64,000 bases of DNA. Source: Babesia bigemina. Taxonomy: Eukaryota. Location of the stretch: positions 744,001 through 808,000 of the forward strand of contig NC_027219.1 of NCBI RefSeq assembly GCF_000981445.1. Direction: 5' to 3'. The position numbers and the translations under genes are program-made. The notes under the pieces are model-generated. The model was not told the origin of the DNA. It saw nothing but the letters and a program-made list of their open reading frames with translations, and searched no databases. Positions within the stretch are counted from its first letter, which is position 1; each line of letters opens with the position of its first letter. This document shows positions 46,255-56,852 of this stretch, piece after piece.

Positions 46255-48424
46255 ATGCGATGCCTACAATTGTGTAAGCTCATCGGCAACCTTCCGACTG
46301 TGCAGCAACGTCTGTTGCCGCCAGAGCGTCGCTGGAAGGTAAGAGCGGATTCATCGCCGAACGACGCACATACAGCTGCTTTCAACAGCCATCGGAAGGC
46401 CGCAGAGATCGCGGCATATCGCCACAGAGGTGCAAAAACAGTCGCTCAATGACTTCGGATTGGACAACGACACGGACACATTTCTACCTGGCATAACAGT
46501 TGACCCCTTTTTCGTAAGCAGCGGTGGCAGTATCGCCTACATGTACGCATACAGAAGGAGCTGAATCTGCCGAAGCGCTGTATAGGATGCGGTGCCCTGT
46601 TCCAGTCAGCCGACGCAAGCAAACCTGGCTATGTAGATGCCGGTATACTTTCAGACTTCGGAGGTCGGTAAAGGGCGAATAGATTAACAACAGGCGCAGC
46701 GAGAGGAGCCGCTAAGGTTCCTAGAGTGGGAGGTGTCGAGGTAGAACGCGTTCCGGACGGAGTCCAAGTAGACAAGGTAGCATATCACCCTGCTTTTCTG
46801 TATCATGCAACAGTGCGATGACGGCCGATTCCAGCGGCTCAAACGGAGAGCAGTATGTCGGCGGTGCTACAGGCTACAGGTGTGTCTAAACTGCAGTAGT
46901 GAACGCAATATTCCTGCAGTACTACAAGAGGGTGGATCTGCAGTGTGAGGTGGACAGCCACAGACAGAGCGCTGCGGGTGTCTCCGATTCTAGAATGTCG
47001 ACGGAACGGATAGTAACTGCGACCCCTAGCAATGCTGGTGGTGTGCTGCAGATGCCTGAGGAGGCCGAAAGGCGCCGCACGTCGGCAAGCGCACGCATCA
47101 CGACGGCGCCGGAAGTCATCAGCAACATGACACGCCGCCTTAAGAGCGATGGGGTCGTGTTGTACCTCGTAGATATAACTAATGTGGAGGCAACGGCGCT
47201 CCCGGAACTATATATCGCAATTAGGAATAAGGCGATGGAGGTACTGTCTTGATGCGAGCACCCTTTCAAGTGGTTCAACAGGTGATATGGATCGCAAACA
47301 AAGTTGACGTGCTTCCGCACCGCACAGACCTACCAGAGTTAGTAATATGCATTTGAGTGTTTCTAAAGTGTGCAGGGTTAAACGATGGCTGCGCTCGATG
47401 GTACGGCACATTGGAAATGCGAAGAACTCAGACGTCTTCATGGTTTCAAGCACCAAAGGTACTTAACAGTTGATTACCGCATTATATATCAGGCACCGGG
47501 TTTGATGCGCTTGAGAGGCGCCTCAAGGAGTTCATCAAAGTGGGTGACGCACGACCAATCTATATAGTCGGGGCGGTCAACGTGGGGAAGTCTACCTTCG
47601 TTAACCGCTTCCTAAGTTACATCAGCTACGGGTGAGTTAAAAAACGGGAAACTAACGGCAAACAGAGATGCTGGAACTCTGCAGATGAAGCGTGGAATTG
47701 GAGGTGCGACCAGGTCTGTCATACCAGGAACCACCCTAGAGTTCATCGAGTTCGGACTGTTTGGCGGATTCAAACTTATTGACACTCCCGGCATACCTGT
47801 AGCTGCCACGGTCACGCAGTTGTTGCGTAGGCCCGTTGACATGGTAGCCGTCGCGCTAAACAAGACGATGGACACACCGACGGTACGCCTTGACGCTGGG
47901 CAGTCCCTACTGGTGGGCGCTATGGCCCGCATAGATTTGGTAGAAGGCAGTGCTGCCAGTGTGCGATGCTACATTGGTTCAGGGGTTACTTTGCACGTTT
48001 GCAGGTAGGTACTTTGCAGACGACGACCCAAACGCACATCAGGTCCGTGGCGGCGGCTGATGTCATGAGGAACAAAGCCGGTAACGCCATTTTCCCGCCG
48101 CACACAAAAGACGATTACGAACTATTGGGGCCTATGAAGAAGTATAGGTCAGTAGCGTGCCATACTTCAGACTAAATGGCCGCAGGTTGACGGTTAACTG
48201 CAATGGCGCAATCCCCGTCGACGACATCGTGATACCGGGACTCGGATGGTTATCTCCAACCGGAGTAGGACCAAAAGTTATAGAAATATATGCGCCAAAA
48301 GGTCTGGATGTGCTGAGGTAGGGTAACTGACCATACACATCGCAACAAACAGCGCAGAAGGCCCGCCATGATTAGACAGCAACCCAAACGTGTGCAAAAG
48401 CCTTATGTTTTGCGCCGGAGGTAG
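46255..48424 (+). CDS. Circularly permuted GTPase, YqeH/NOA1-like, multi-exon
   Basis: CRRCY zinc motif, then G4 NKVD before G1 GAVNVGKST, G2 IPGTTL and G3 IDTPG; C-terminal DIVIPGLGWL. Start codon is uncertain. Confidence 0.85.
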
Positions 48425-48551
48425 GGAAAACTCGCCAGTCATAAAAAACGCAGGGGTAAACTCAAGAAACTCATGAAGATGCGGCGGGAGATTGTTGAAA
48501 AGAACGTTCACAGGAGCACATGACCTACCGAAAAAAGTGCAATGTGATACG

Positions 48552-49028
48552 ATGATTCCTGCCTTCAAACTGCTCGCCGTATTCCTCAAACAGGTATCGA
48601 AGCCTTTGGCGTCGTACCTAAAGAAACGGGCGAGTCGCAACGATAGATTCCGCAGGATATGCATATCGATTGGCAACAGAAGCTATGCCTTCGATAGATA
48701 TATCACGAGGAGGTTCTACAACGCTGAGCAAGGAGAACCTGATACCACTCCCTGGATATCGCCGGAAAAATCGGTTGTAATAGGCACCGAGCTCTTTGGA
48801 GAAATCATCGTGTTCACCGTTGCTACGCTGCTGGTCCTCTCCGAATATGCCCGTGGAGTGCGCAAAGAGGCCAAAAAAGAGGCAAAGCTGCAGGAACGTC
48901 TAGGCACGCTGGAATCGAAGCATGCAGCAATTCCACACCTCATCCGGGACGAGGTTAGCCGGCAATTGGCGCAGAAGTGGAACGAGCTGGAAAAGCGCAA
49001 AAACGAAACGTCACACAATGCGGCATAG
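48552..49028 (+). CDS. OPA3: OPA3-like mitochondrial protein
   Basis: MIPAFKLLAVFLKQVSKPLA…IGTELFGEIIVFTVA…EYAR, followed by a coiled coil. Confidence 0.9.
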   Translation: MIPAFKLLAVFLKQVSKPLASYLKKRASRNDRFRRICISIGNRSYAFDRYITRRFYNAEQGEPDTTPWISPEKSVVIGTELFGEIIVFTVATLLVLSEYARGVRKEAKKEAKLQERLGTLESKHAAIPHLIRDEVSRQLAQKWNELEKRKNETSHNAA

Positions 49029-49408
49029 AACTATAAATTAATTTCTGTTTTAGCAGACTTGCGCGTTGATACCCTTGTACTCCATAATACTTGCCATTAA
49101 AGTTGCATGGTGTCCTATAAGTGCCTACGTTTGCCTCGGGCCAGTTTTTTCGTTCGCCGGGCTAGAGACTCAATACCCATCTTGGTCGCTGCCTTCCACA
49201 CAACGCATTCATCGCATAATATGAATGGGTGTGACGTTAAAACAAAGTAGTCGCCATATGGCGCTACTAGAAACATTATGTAGAAGTTCAGGACTGTCTA
49301 CCATCATTCTACGACAGCAATGATGTAAATTAAAAGTTAATACATAAATGTGGCCATCACCAGATTTTGAAATGACAAATAACTGGTGAGTAGTCGTAGG
49401 ACTGCCAC

Positions 49409-50929
49409 TCACTGCTCAGCGGATTCCTGCTGAGCCTGTTCTTCCTGCTGCTTCTTCAGTTTCCTTTCCTTCCTCTTGCGGGCTTTCTTGGCGAGCTTCT
49501 TGGCAGCCTTCTTGGCGGCCTTTACAGACCTTGCCACTTTAGCAGCCTTCGCAACCTTCACAGGTTTTTCAATGTCATCGACTTCAGGCTTCACGGGCTC
49601 GACGGATGGCTCAGCCTCCGGGATGACAGGCTCTTCACCGGCGGGTTCCACAGACGGTTCGACTTCGGGGATCACGGACTGCTCGCCTTCACCCTCAATG
49701 GTTGGCTCAGCTTCGGGGATCATGGACTGTTCACCTTCACCTTCAACGGATGGCTCAGCTTCAGGGATGACAGACTGCTCGCCTTCACCTTCAAAGGATT
49801 TTTCATCTTCAGGGATCAAGGACTGCTCACCTTCACCTTCAAAGGATTTTTCATCTTCAGGGATCAAGGACTGCTCACCTTCACCTTCAACGGATGGCTC
49901 AGCTTCAGGGATCAAGGACTGTTCGCCTTCACCTTCAAAGGATTTTTCATCTTCAGGGATCAAGGACTGCTCACCTTCACCTTCAACGGATGGCTCAGCT
50001 TCAGGGATCAAGGACTGCTCGCCTTCACCTTCAAAGGATTTTTCATCTTCAGGGATCAAGGACTGCTCACCTTCACCGTCAACGGTTGGCTCAGCTTCGG
50101 GGATCACGGACTGCTCGCCTTCACCTTCAACGGATGGCTCAGCTTCAGGGATCACAGTTTTGCCGGATCCGTAGAAAGCCCAGAATCCAGAAAGCTCGTA
50201 GAGTGTGGACAACATGTTTGGGTTCACACTTTGCAACGCCTCAGTGACATCTGGGCCACTCAACCAAGATCGCCTGTTCGACTCCCCGTAACCCAGGGTT
50301 TCCAATACACCTCCAATGTTGGTCTTCCTTTTAATACCCATGAAACTAAAAGGACCAGCGTTGCTGGAAGTTTTCAAATAACCTAGACCAGCGTATAACA
50401 TAGGCGCAATACCCACGAAGACCGCGGCACAATCTTCCGGCTTTTCGGAACATGACTTCTCCCACGTCGCTTCAGAACTGTAGGCGGAGCTGTACTTTTC
50501 TAAGACTATGATCTTTTCCAGGAAGTGTTCACAGCCATTCACAACTTCAGTAACATCTTGTGCGATGTCATCAGGGCTGACACCACGGCTTACAACGACG
50601 TTAGTGTAATCGCTTTCCTCAACATGGTTGAACATTTTTGATAGCCAACTAGGCTTGGTGTTCATAGGCCTAATGAACTTCTCCAAGATGTCTTTTACCA
50701 ACTGGTCGTTCCTAAGCTCTGGCTGCTCCAGGAACTCTTTTGAAATAAGTTTGACCGCTTCGAGAGCTGGCACCTCCGTCTTGCCAACAGGCTTGTCCGC
50801 AAGGAAGTTGTAAACCGCGGCGCCCATAGCCAGCAAGCCGTTTTCGCCATCATTCCTCTTTACGGCCAACAACCAGTCAATGCCCTCCTTGAGGTTGCGG
50901 GGAGCCTCAGTCAACGTATTGTACACCAT
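49409..50929 (-). CDS. Short ves-family-related protein with acidic repeats and Lys/Ala-rich tail
   Basis: MVYNTLTEAPRNLKEGIDWL start, YSSAYSSEATW, CAAVFVGIAPMLYAGL and LYELSGFWAFY are typical of Babesia VESA-related short genes. A paralogue lies at 59511. Confidence 0.82.
   Translation of the reverse strand: MVYNTLTEAPRNLKEGIDWLLAVKRNDGENGLLAMGAAVYNFLADKPVGKTEVPALEAVKLISKEFLEQPELRNDQLVKDILEKFIRPMNTKPSWLSKMFNHVEESDYTNVVVSRGVSPDDIAQDVTEVVNGCEHFLEKIIVLEKYSSAYSSEATWEKSCSEKPEDCAAVFVGIAPMLYAGLGYLKTSSNAGPFSFMGIKRKTNIGGVLETLGYGESNRRSWLSGPDVTEALQSVNPNMLSTLYELSGFWAFYGSGKTVIPEAEPSVEGEGEQSVIPEAEPTVDGEGEQSLIPEDEKSFEGEGEQSLIPEAEPSVEGEGEQSLIPEDEKSFEGEGEQSLIPEAEPSVEGEGEQSLIPEDEKSFEGEGEQSLIPEDEKSFEGEGEQSVIPEAEPSVEGEGEQSMIPEAEPTIEGEGEQSVIPEVEPSVEPAGEEPVIPEAEPSVEPVKPEVDDIEKPVKVAKAAKVARSVKAAKKAAKKLAKKARKRKERKLKKQQEEQAQQESAEQ
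49580..50152 (-). repeat. Coding tandem repeat, 48-bp unit (IPE[AEPSV/DEKSF]EGEGEQS[L/V]), 10 full + 2 degenerate copies
   Basis: Read directly from the translation and the DNA. Confidence 0.95.
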
Positions 50930-51484
50930 TTTGAAAAAATTTTATTAGACTACGTAGTTGCTATTCGCGCGTGTAATTTATTCTATTTGCCGGTCGTGTG
51001 CATATAGGTAACCTAATATCGGGTGTGCACAACAATGTTGTTGCCTAACAATACACCGTTGTCGTGTCTAAGTGTCTATTCGCAGGCATTACACCAAAAA
51101 GGTTGCGTGTTATAGCGCATCAATGTCCGAGATACCTTAACGCAGCCTGGTTTATACCCTTAAGCTGTCATGCACTCAACAGCACGCGAGTCATCGAGGC
51201 AGGCAAGTGGCCAGTGAAGGTGGCACGTTGTCAGCCCGGGTGTATTGTTATTATTCGCTTAGACACATAATAGTAAGACATTTTCCGATGGGTTGCAAGT
51301 GGTGCAGGTGTCTATTTCTAGTGGCTACCATATCGATAAATACCACGTTGTCTCCCACAATCTCAACCATTCTCGTAATAACAATTCCGTACAGTCTCAG
51401 CTATCCGTCGAAGCTTTAACGTGCCACTCTATTATGTTACACATAACAGATCCTCTTACCTAAGGCAGGGGCCGCCGGCTGCGC

Positions 51485-51500
51485 GGGCGGCCGGCCGCCC
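51485..51500. other. Perfect 16-bp GC palindrome GGGCGGCCGGCCGCCC in a short GC-rich island
   Basis: Self-reverse-complementary sequence within a GC-rich stretch of about 51464-51520 with AT-richer flanks. Confidence 0.9.
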
Positions 51501-51593
51501 AGCTGCACGGCGCTCCGGCAATGCGCTCACTTTAGCATCTCACGGTAGCCACGCTACGCTGCTATCCATAGAATAAGCCGCTTTGCTTTTTTG

Positions 51594-54500
51594 CTACTTT
51601 ACTTGGTGGGTTGGCAACCGCAGTATCAGGCTTGGTGAGATCGGAGGCAACTGTGACAATGCCTTATATACCGAATTCCCAAAATAATGGAAGTACGATA
51701 CAAGCTCCCCGGTTGTGCGCGGCGTCCGCCTGGTGATGCAGTTGAGGTACGAGGACAGGGTCAGCAGGGGATCACTACCGCCGCAGCTGGGAGACAGGAT
51801 GGTGGAAATTGTGCCGCCAGTTTGTGATTTCTCAGGCAAATCACCTCTCTTAAATCCCATCCTGATCCTGCTCTTGAGGCACAGGTTGCACGGGTCGAAC
51901 AGGTGAGTGTCGAAGTCGGAGTCCCAGCCGTCAGTCAGGAACGCCTGGAGGGGGGACGATGTCTTGGTGTCACTGCCGTACTTACAATTCTGCCAACCAC
52001 CATGAGATTCCACTCTATTACACTGCGCCTTCAGGAACTCCAACTGGTAGTGGCACGCGTAGGCGTAGTCACGCAGCTGGCAGAGGAGACAGGCGGGGTC
52101 GGAGGAATAACGGAACTGACTATATACTGATTTGAAGTCGAAGGTAGAAAAGGCTTTGAAGTCATTGTTATGCCTGACCTTGTAGATAACAGTGGCTGAG
52201 TAGAGACACGCCTCGGTCAGTTTGGTGGTGACATTGGAAGCGGTCAGGGTGGTGGGATCCCCAGTGACCTCGATGGCATCAGTAGGATGGGAAGTATCTT
52301 TGTTAAGTTCCCTCAGAAGGCTGTAAACATGTTCCGTTACCACTCCAATAAGTCCATATTGACTCAACCCTACAAACCAGTAGAGCATTTCCCGCACTGT
52401 TTTGGGCGGGGGGAGATGATCGGTGAGTGGGGGAGGCGAGGCAGGTGGAGGGGGTGTATCGGTGGAGGAAGTGGAAGTGGAAACTGACCAGGGGTTAGTG
52501 CAAAGGTGTGGATTTGCAAAAAGTGGGATGCTTCGCTCTGATACCAATCTAGGTGAATCAAGGGTGCTCGCAAGTTGACCCCCTGCTACTACCGGCGGCG
52601 GCATAAATGTACGGCCGTAATCGTAGTCATTCAGAGGCTGAAACGGTGACTGTTTTAATACGTCGACGGACAAGCCGACTTCTGCAAGCGACTCGGAATC
52701 TTTGACATCAATAAACGTTTTAGACACATCCCCGGTTGCTTCAGTTGACTGTAAACCATGGGGCAATGTATCAATAACCGGCGGAGCAACATATGGTTTA
52801 TCGTTGGGATATACAATATCTTGAAGTTTGCGTGGTGATGGAAGCTTGAGTTTTTCTGTTGATTCTTGTACATCATCAAGTAGATGTTGATTCCTGTCAT
52901 CGTCGTGCATATGTACCATTTTTTTAAATCCTTCTCCGTATCGTTGTGCCTCTTTGATTCTCCGTTCCTGGTCGTTCGCTAACGCTTTCTTATGCGCTTC
53001 AAGATCCCTTTTTATATTATTGTACATAATCTCCTTTTTTCGCCATGATTCAACGTCGCTAATAAACCCGGAAGTGATACTGCCGCTTACATCCGACGGC
53101 TTAAATTTTGGAGGCGGTTGTTGCACGGGAGTATCCTGATTTGAATTTGTAATAGGATAGCCCGTGGGTTGATCCGGTAAAAGCAATTTATAGTCCAAAG
53201 TGTCTTGAACTTTAGCTATTGGTATTTTATTTGTCACATCCTTAATCGGAGCACCTGAAATGTCTGTTGAGTGTTGTATTGGAATAATATCAATCTCCCC
53301 AGTCACGTATGTTGTATCATTCGGAGTGGTCACCGACGGAAGTTTAGTGGGACGCTTATTTTTTGTTAAATCGATGCCTTGTGGTACTGCAGGAGTACCG
53401 GGGCCGAACTTTTTTTGCGGCAACGGTGGAAAAGCAATTGCAGGTTTTTTAGGTTTCAACACCATACCCATGGGAATACCAACAGATGCATTATCGTGAA
53501 AGGGCATAGCTTCCGCGAGGCCTTTGGAGTCTCCCGTGGGCGTTCCACTAAATCCAGAATTTGCGTGTGTTTGTGCATACAATCTTTGGTGGGATTCAAC
53601 CCATCTCTTTTTCGCATCATTTTTATTTTTTTCCCTGAGTAATTTTTCTTCCTTCTCACGACGTTTATCCACCACAGGCTGGCCGTCAAAAGAAGTGTAC
53701 ATTTCACCTAAACCATAACCATACTTGGCAAAGGGATCAACGGGGTCGGAATATACCACGTCTGGATATATTACATCGTCACCCCTTTGCATTAAATCCT
53801 CCTCCCGTGGAACGAAAGGTATACGCCTATGACCATCGCGGCCACCGGTATTCTGACTGGAAGGTGCGGGAGCAGGATTGCCGGGCTGACTTGGAAGGGC
53901 GGAGACTGTAGATGTTGGGGAATCATGACTAACGTTTTGCTGATCTAACTGTTTTTGCTGCCGCAACCGTTTTTGTTGCACTCGTTTTTTGGCATCTTCA
54001 TCTTCTACGTTTTCTTCTATGTAGTCCAGGTTTTGCTGCAGTTGAGTTTTCCATATATTTTCTGTTGTTTTTTCGAACTTTTTGTCAAGGTTCTGGGCTG
54101 CCTTATTTTTCCGTTCATTCCGTTCTCGAACACGTTCAATGACATTTTGTATTCTGGCATCAATCTGTCTTTTCCGTTCTTCCTTTTCCGCTTGTTCTGT
54201 GTCGACAAGGGATTTCTTCCATTTGTTTTGGGCGTCACCCAATCCCTGATAATATCGGTATCGCAATTTTGAATCCATGTTTTTTTGACTGGTTTCTATT
54301 TCTTTATCAATTTCTGTCTGTCGTTTATCACTGAAAAACGGATCCGGTATTTCATCCCCCTCAACATAAGGCGAACCTATGGTATCCACTGTTGAATAAT
54401 AATCTTGATTTTGCTTTGATAGTTGATCTGTATTCTGCACTGGTGCCCCGTCTAAGTCCTTCACTTCTATGCCCGATGAACCGCCCATTGCTGGCTCGTT

Positions 54501-56678
54501 TATATCCGTTGTTGGTGTCCCGTGACTGTCATCTATCACCGCATCGAGGTTTGTTGGTTTGATAATGTCGAATGGCATCGGAGACACAAACCGATTCAAA
54601 TGTCTTTGTGCGGCTGTATTATATGCCACATCCAGATTCTCGGATAACTCTTGCGGCCTATACACAACATCAATGCGTGGAAGCATAGCTTCACGTTGAA
54701 GTTGACGTTCATCCTCCTTTATACGTTCCTCAACTTCCATTTTAAGATTTTCTGCTTCCTTTTGCCTTTTAAGTCTCTCTTCAATCTCTTTCTGCTTTTG
54801 TTCTAATTTAAACTCGTAGCTCTGTTTTTGTTCATCCCATTTCTCATGCAGCTTTTTTCGTTCAGAGATATCCCACGTCTTACCATCTCTGGGACAGTAT
54901 TTTGTCTTGCCACTATCGAACCCAAGATATATTGGTGGCTTACCATTAGAGCACTTAGGGTCTGGGCTTGCAACACTTGAAGGCTGAAGCGGCTCAGCGG
55001 ACGATGGGCTTGCGTTATCTCCACCCGGGGAAATTAAAGGTTTTAGTTCACTCTGCCCATTATTTTGGGTTGGTTGATCTGGAGCCCCCTCAGCCTTCTT
55101 TCCCTGGTTCTGTCCTCCCTCCGCCTTCTTGCCTTGGTTTGGAGTTGCTTCAGCTTTAAGGGTAGCAGGCTTTGTCGCCTCCGATTTAGTGGCAGTGGGT
55201 TTTACCACTTTCTGCTCCGATACAACCTCCTTAGGGGCATCGGGGACCTTGACGGGCGGAGCTTCTTTTTGGGGGCTAATGGGAGCAGCATCTTCATCCC
55301 CCAATGCTTCATCTACAAACTCAAGATCTTCACCCCAAGTCTCATCGTCATCATCAGAATCAGACGCAATCCCAGGCTCAGAATCAGACGCAATTCCAGG
55401 TTCGGGTTCAGGTTCAGGCCTAGGCTCAGGCTCAGGCTCAGGCTTAGCCTCAGGATTTGTCTCAGGAATACGCTTGGGCTGCTTATCTTTTTTTCCATTT
55501 GAACATTGGTTCCCACCTAAAATCTGCTTCAACTTATCCAAACCCTCATTTGCTTTCTTTAGCTCACCGATTACAGCATCCCAATCTTTTTTCAGAGCCT
55601 TATAATCATTTTTCCCTGTTCCTACGTTATACCCGTTAAATGTGAATCCGTACGGGATTAAATTCGTGGTTACAAATGTTTTGACATCCAACTTGTGACT
55701 CGTTATTTTCAATTTTCCTCGAATCGCATCCAAATTGTTTTTCAGCCACTTCGCCATTTTGGTGGCAATATCTTCCGTTTTAAGCTTATCATAAGGCCTC
55801 GCATAACCGTTAAAAGAGAATCGGTTGCCTTTAAAAATGCTTCCAAGAGACCTTTTAATTTTGCTGCAATGTCGTTTTAATTCTAGCCACGAGATGCAAT
55901 GATACCTAGCTTGTAAATTACTTTTAAAATCATCTTCACCTTTCACTTTTTCGAATATTCCACAAAAGTCTTCCACTAAGCGAAGAGCGTTCGCCACATT
56001 CGATATCTCAACGGCGGAATTTTTGGACACCGCTGACGTGACGAACACATCTCGAAAGAGATTATTAGGATTCTTTTCTTTGTCGAAAATATTAACAAGG
56101 TCGCCGGTCATAAGCGAACCTTGATTATATCCATCCCTGGCAAGTTCCTTTAACTCACCGGGGTCAAATCCCCCAGGTATGACACCGTAAGCATTCGTGT
56201 CGGCTGTTGCAATGAGATATTTATCAATTGGCCCGGCATTGGATATCATCCGTTTCAAGTAATCTGGACCAAATCTAACGTACATTGCAAGCGACCCAAC
56301 CATATCGTTAGCCCAATCCCCGCCGCCTACTTTAGCAAACCTCTTATCCACATGATATTGCAAGAAGTAGATCACGGAAAGCAGTTTGGGAATGCACTGC
56401 AGAACAGCCTCGAGGGCATCTTTTGCGGTAATACGCTGAATTGCACTTTTAGCTGCAGTTTTGCATAATTTATTATGAAACGTCGACACGTGACCCAGAA
56501 ATATCGACAATGCGCCTTCAATTTGCTGTTGATTAACATTTTCATACTTTTTATCCAGAAGTCGTTTTAGGCGACCCGACAGCTGGTTTCGCAGAGCAGA
56601 CCATTTGCGGCCTTTCAACCATTCCAAGAACTGGAGACAATCCTTGAGAGTCTCTAACTTCACTCCATGCGCCGCCAT
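51594..56678 (-). CDS. Large VESA1-related variant antigen-like protein (1694 aa), apparently C-terminally truncated
   Basis: MAAHGVKLETLKDCLQFLEWL start. VESA-like C-terminal blocks PKTVREMLYW, CHYQLEFLKAQC…GWQNCKYG, SPLQAFLTD, RIRMGF and RTPRTTGELVSYFHYFG. The middle is low-complexity. Confidence 0.8.
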   Translation of the reverse strand: MAAHGVKLETLKDCLQFLEWLKGRKWSALRNQLSGRLKRLLDKKYENVNQQQIEGALSIFLGHVSTFHNKLCKTAAKSAIQRITAKDALEAVLQCIPKLLSVIYFLQYHVDKRFAKVGGGDWANDMVGSLAMYVRFGPDYLKRMISNAGPIDKYLIATADTNAYGVIPGGFDPGELKELARDGYNQGSLMTGDLVNIFDKEKNPNNLFRDVFVTSAVSKNSAVEISNVANALRLVEDFCGIFEKVKGEDDFKSNLQARYHCISWLELKRHCSKIKRSLGSIFKGNRFSFNGYARPYDKLKTEDIATKMAKWLKNNLDAIRGKLKITSHKLDVKTFVTTNLIPYGFTFNGYNVGTGKNDYKALKKDWDAVIGELKKANEGLDKLKQILGGNQCSNGKKDKQPKRIPETNPEAKPEPEPEPRPEPEPEPGIASDSEPGIASDSDDDDETWGEDLEFVDEALGDEDAAPISPQKEAPPVKVPDAPKEVVSEQKVVKPTATKSEATKPATLKAEATPNQGKKAEGGQNQGKKAEGAPDQPTQNNGQSELKPLISPGGDNASPSSAEPLQPSSVASPDPKCSNGKPPIYLGFDSGKTKYCPRDGKTWDISERKKLHEKWDEQKQSYEFKLEQKQKEIEERLKRQKEAENLKMEVEERIKEDERQLQREAMLPRIDVVYRPQELSENLDVAYNTAAQRHLNRFVSPMPFDIIKPTNLDAVIDDSHGTPTTDINEPAMGGSSGIEVKDLDGAPVQNTDQLSKQNQDYYSTVDTIGSPYVEGDEIPDPFFSDKRQTEIDKEIETSQKNMDSKLRYRYYQGLGDAQNKWKKSLVDTEQAEKEERKRQIDARIQNVIERVRERNERKNKAAQNLDKKFEKTTENIWKTQLQQNLDYIEENVEDEDAKKRVQQKRLRQQKQLDQQNVSHDSPTSTVSALPSQPGNPAPAPSSQNTGGRDGHRRIPFVPREEDLMQRGDDVIYPDVVYSDPVDPFAKYGYGLGEMYTSFDGQPVVDKRREKEEKLLREKNKNDAKKRWVESHQRLYAQTHANSGFSGTPTGDSKGLAEAMPFHDNASVGIPMGMVLKPKKPAIAFPPLPQKKFGPGTPAVPQGIDLTKNKRPTKLPSVTTPNDTTYVTGEIDIIPIQHSTDISGAPIKDVTNKIPIAKVQDTLDYKLLLPDQPTGYPITNSNQDTPVQQPPPKFKPSDVSGSITSGFISDVESWRKKEIMYNNIKRDLEAHKKALANDQERRIKEAQRYGEGFKKMVHMHDDDRNQHLLDDVQESTEKLKLPSPRKLQDIVYPNDKPYVAPPVIDTLPHGLQSTEATGDVSKTFIDVKDSESLAEVGLSVDVLKQSPFQPLNDYDYGRTFMPPPVVAGGQLASTLDSPRLVSERSIPLFANPHLCTNPWSVSTSTSSTDTPPPPASPPPLTDHLPPPKTVREMLYWFVGLSQYGLIGVVTEHVYSLLRELNKDTSHPTDAIEVTGDPTTLTASNVTTKLTEACLYSATVIYKVRHNNDFKAFSTFDFKSVYSQFRYSSDPACLLCQLRDYAYACHYQLEFLKAQCNRVESHGGWQNCKYGSDTKTSSPLQAFLTDGWDSDFDTHLFDPCNLCLKSRIRMGFKRGDLPEKSQTGGTISTILSPSCGGSDPLLTLSSYLNCITRRTPRTTGELVSYFHYFGNSVYKALSQLPPISPSLILRLPTHQVK

Positions 56679-56700
56679 TCTGCCCACCTCCAATCATCCA

Positions 56701-56852
56701 CTAACCCACTCTTACAAAACTCCACGTCAAGCCTCCAGGACTATGTGAACTGGGAAATACTAGAGTGACCACACCTCTAACCCACTCTTACAAAACTCCA
56801 CGGCGAGCCTCCAGGACTACGTGAACTGGGAAACACTAGAGTGATCACACCT
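56701..56852. repeat. Tandem duplication, 2 x 76 bp, immediately upstream of the large ves-like ATG
   Basis: 56701-56776 versus 56777-56852, 5 mismatches. Confidence 0.95.

Noticed and set aside
46643..46654. TATACTTTCAG resembling the U3 snoRNA 5' box
   Set aside because: It lies within the GTPase gene and the other U3 boxes are not evident.
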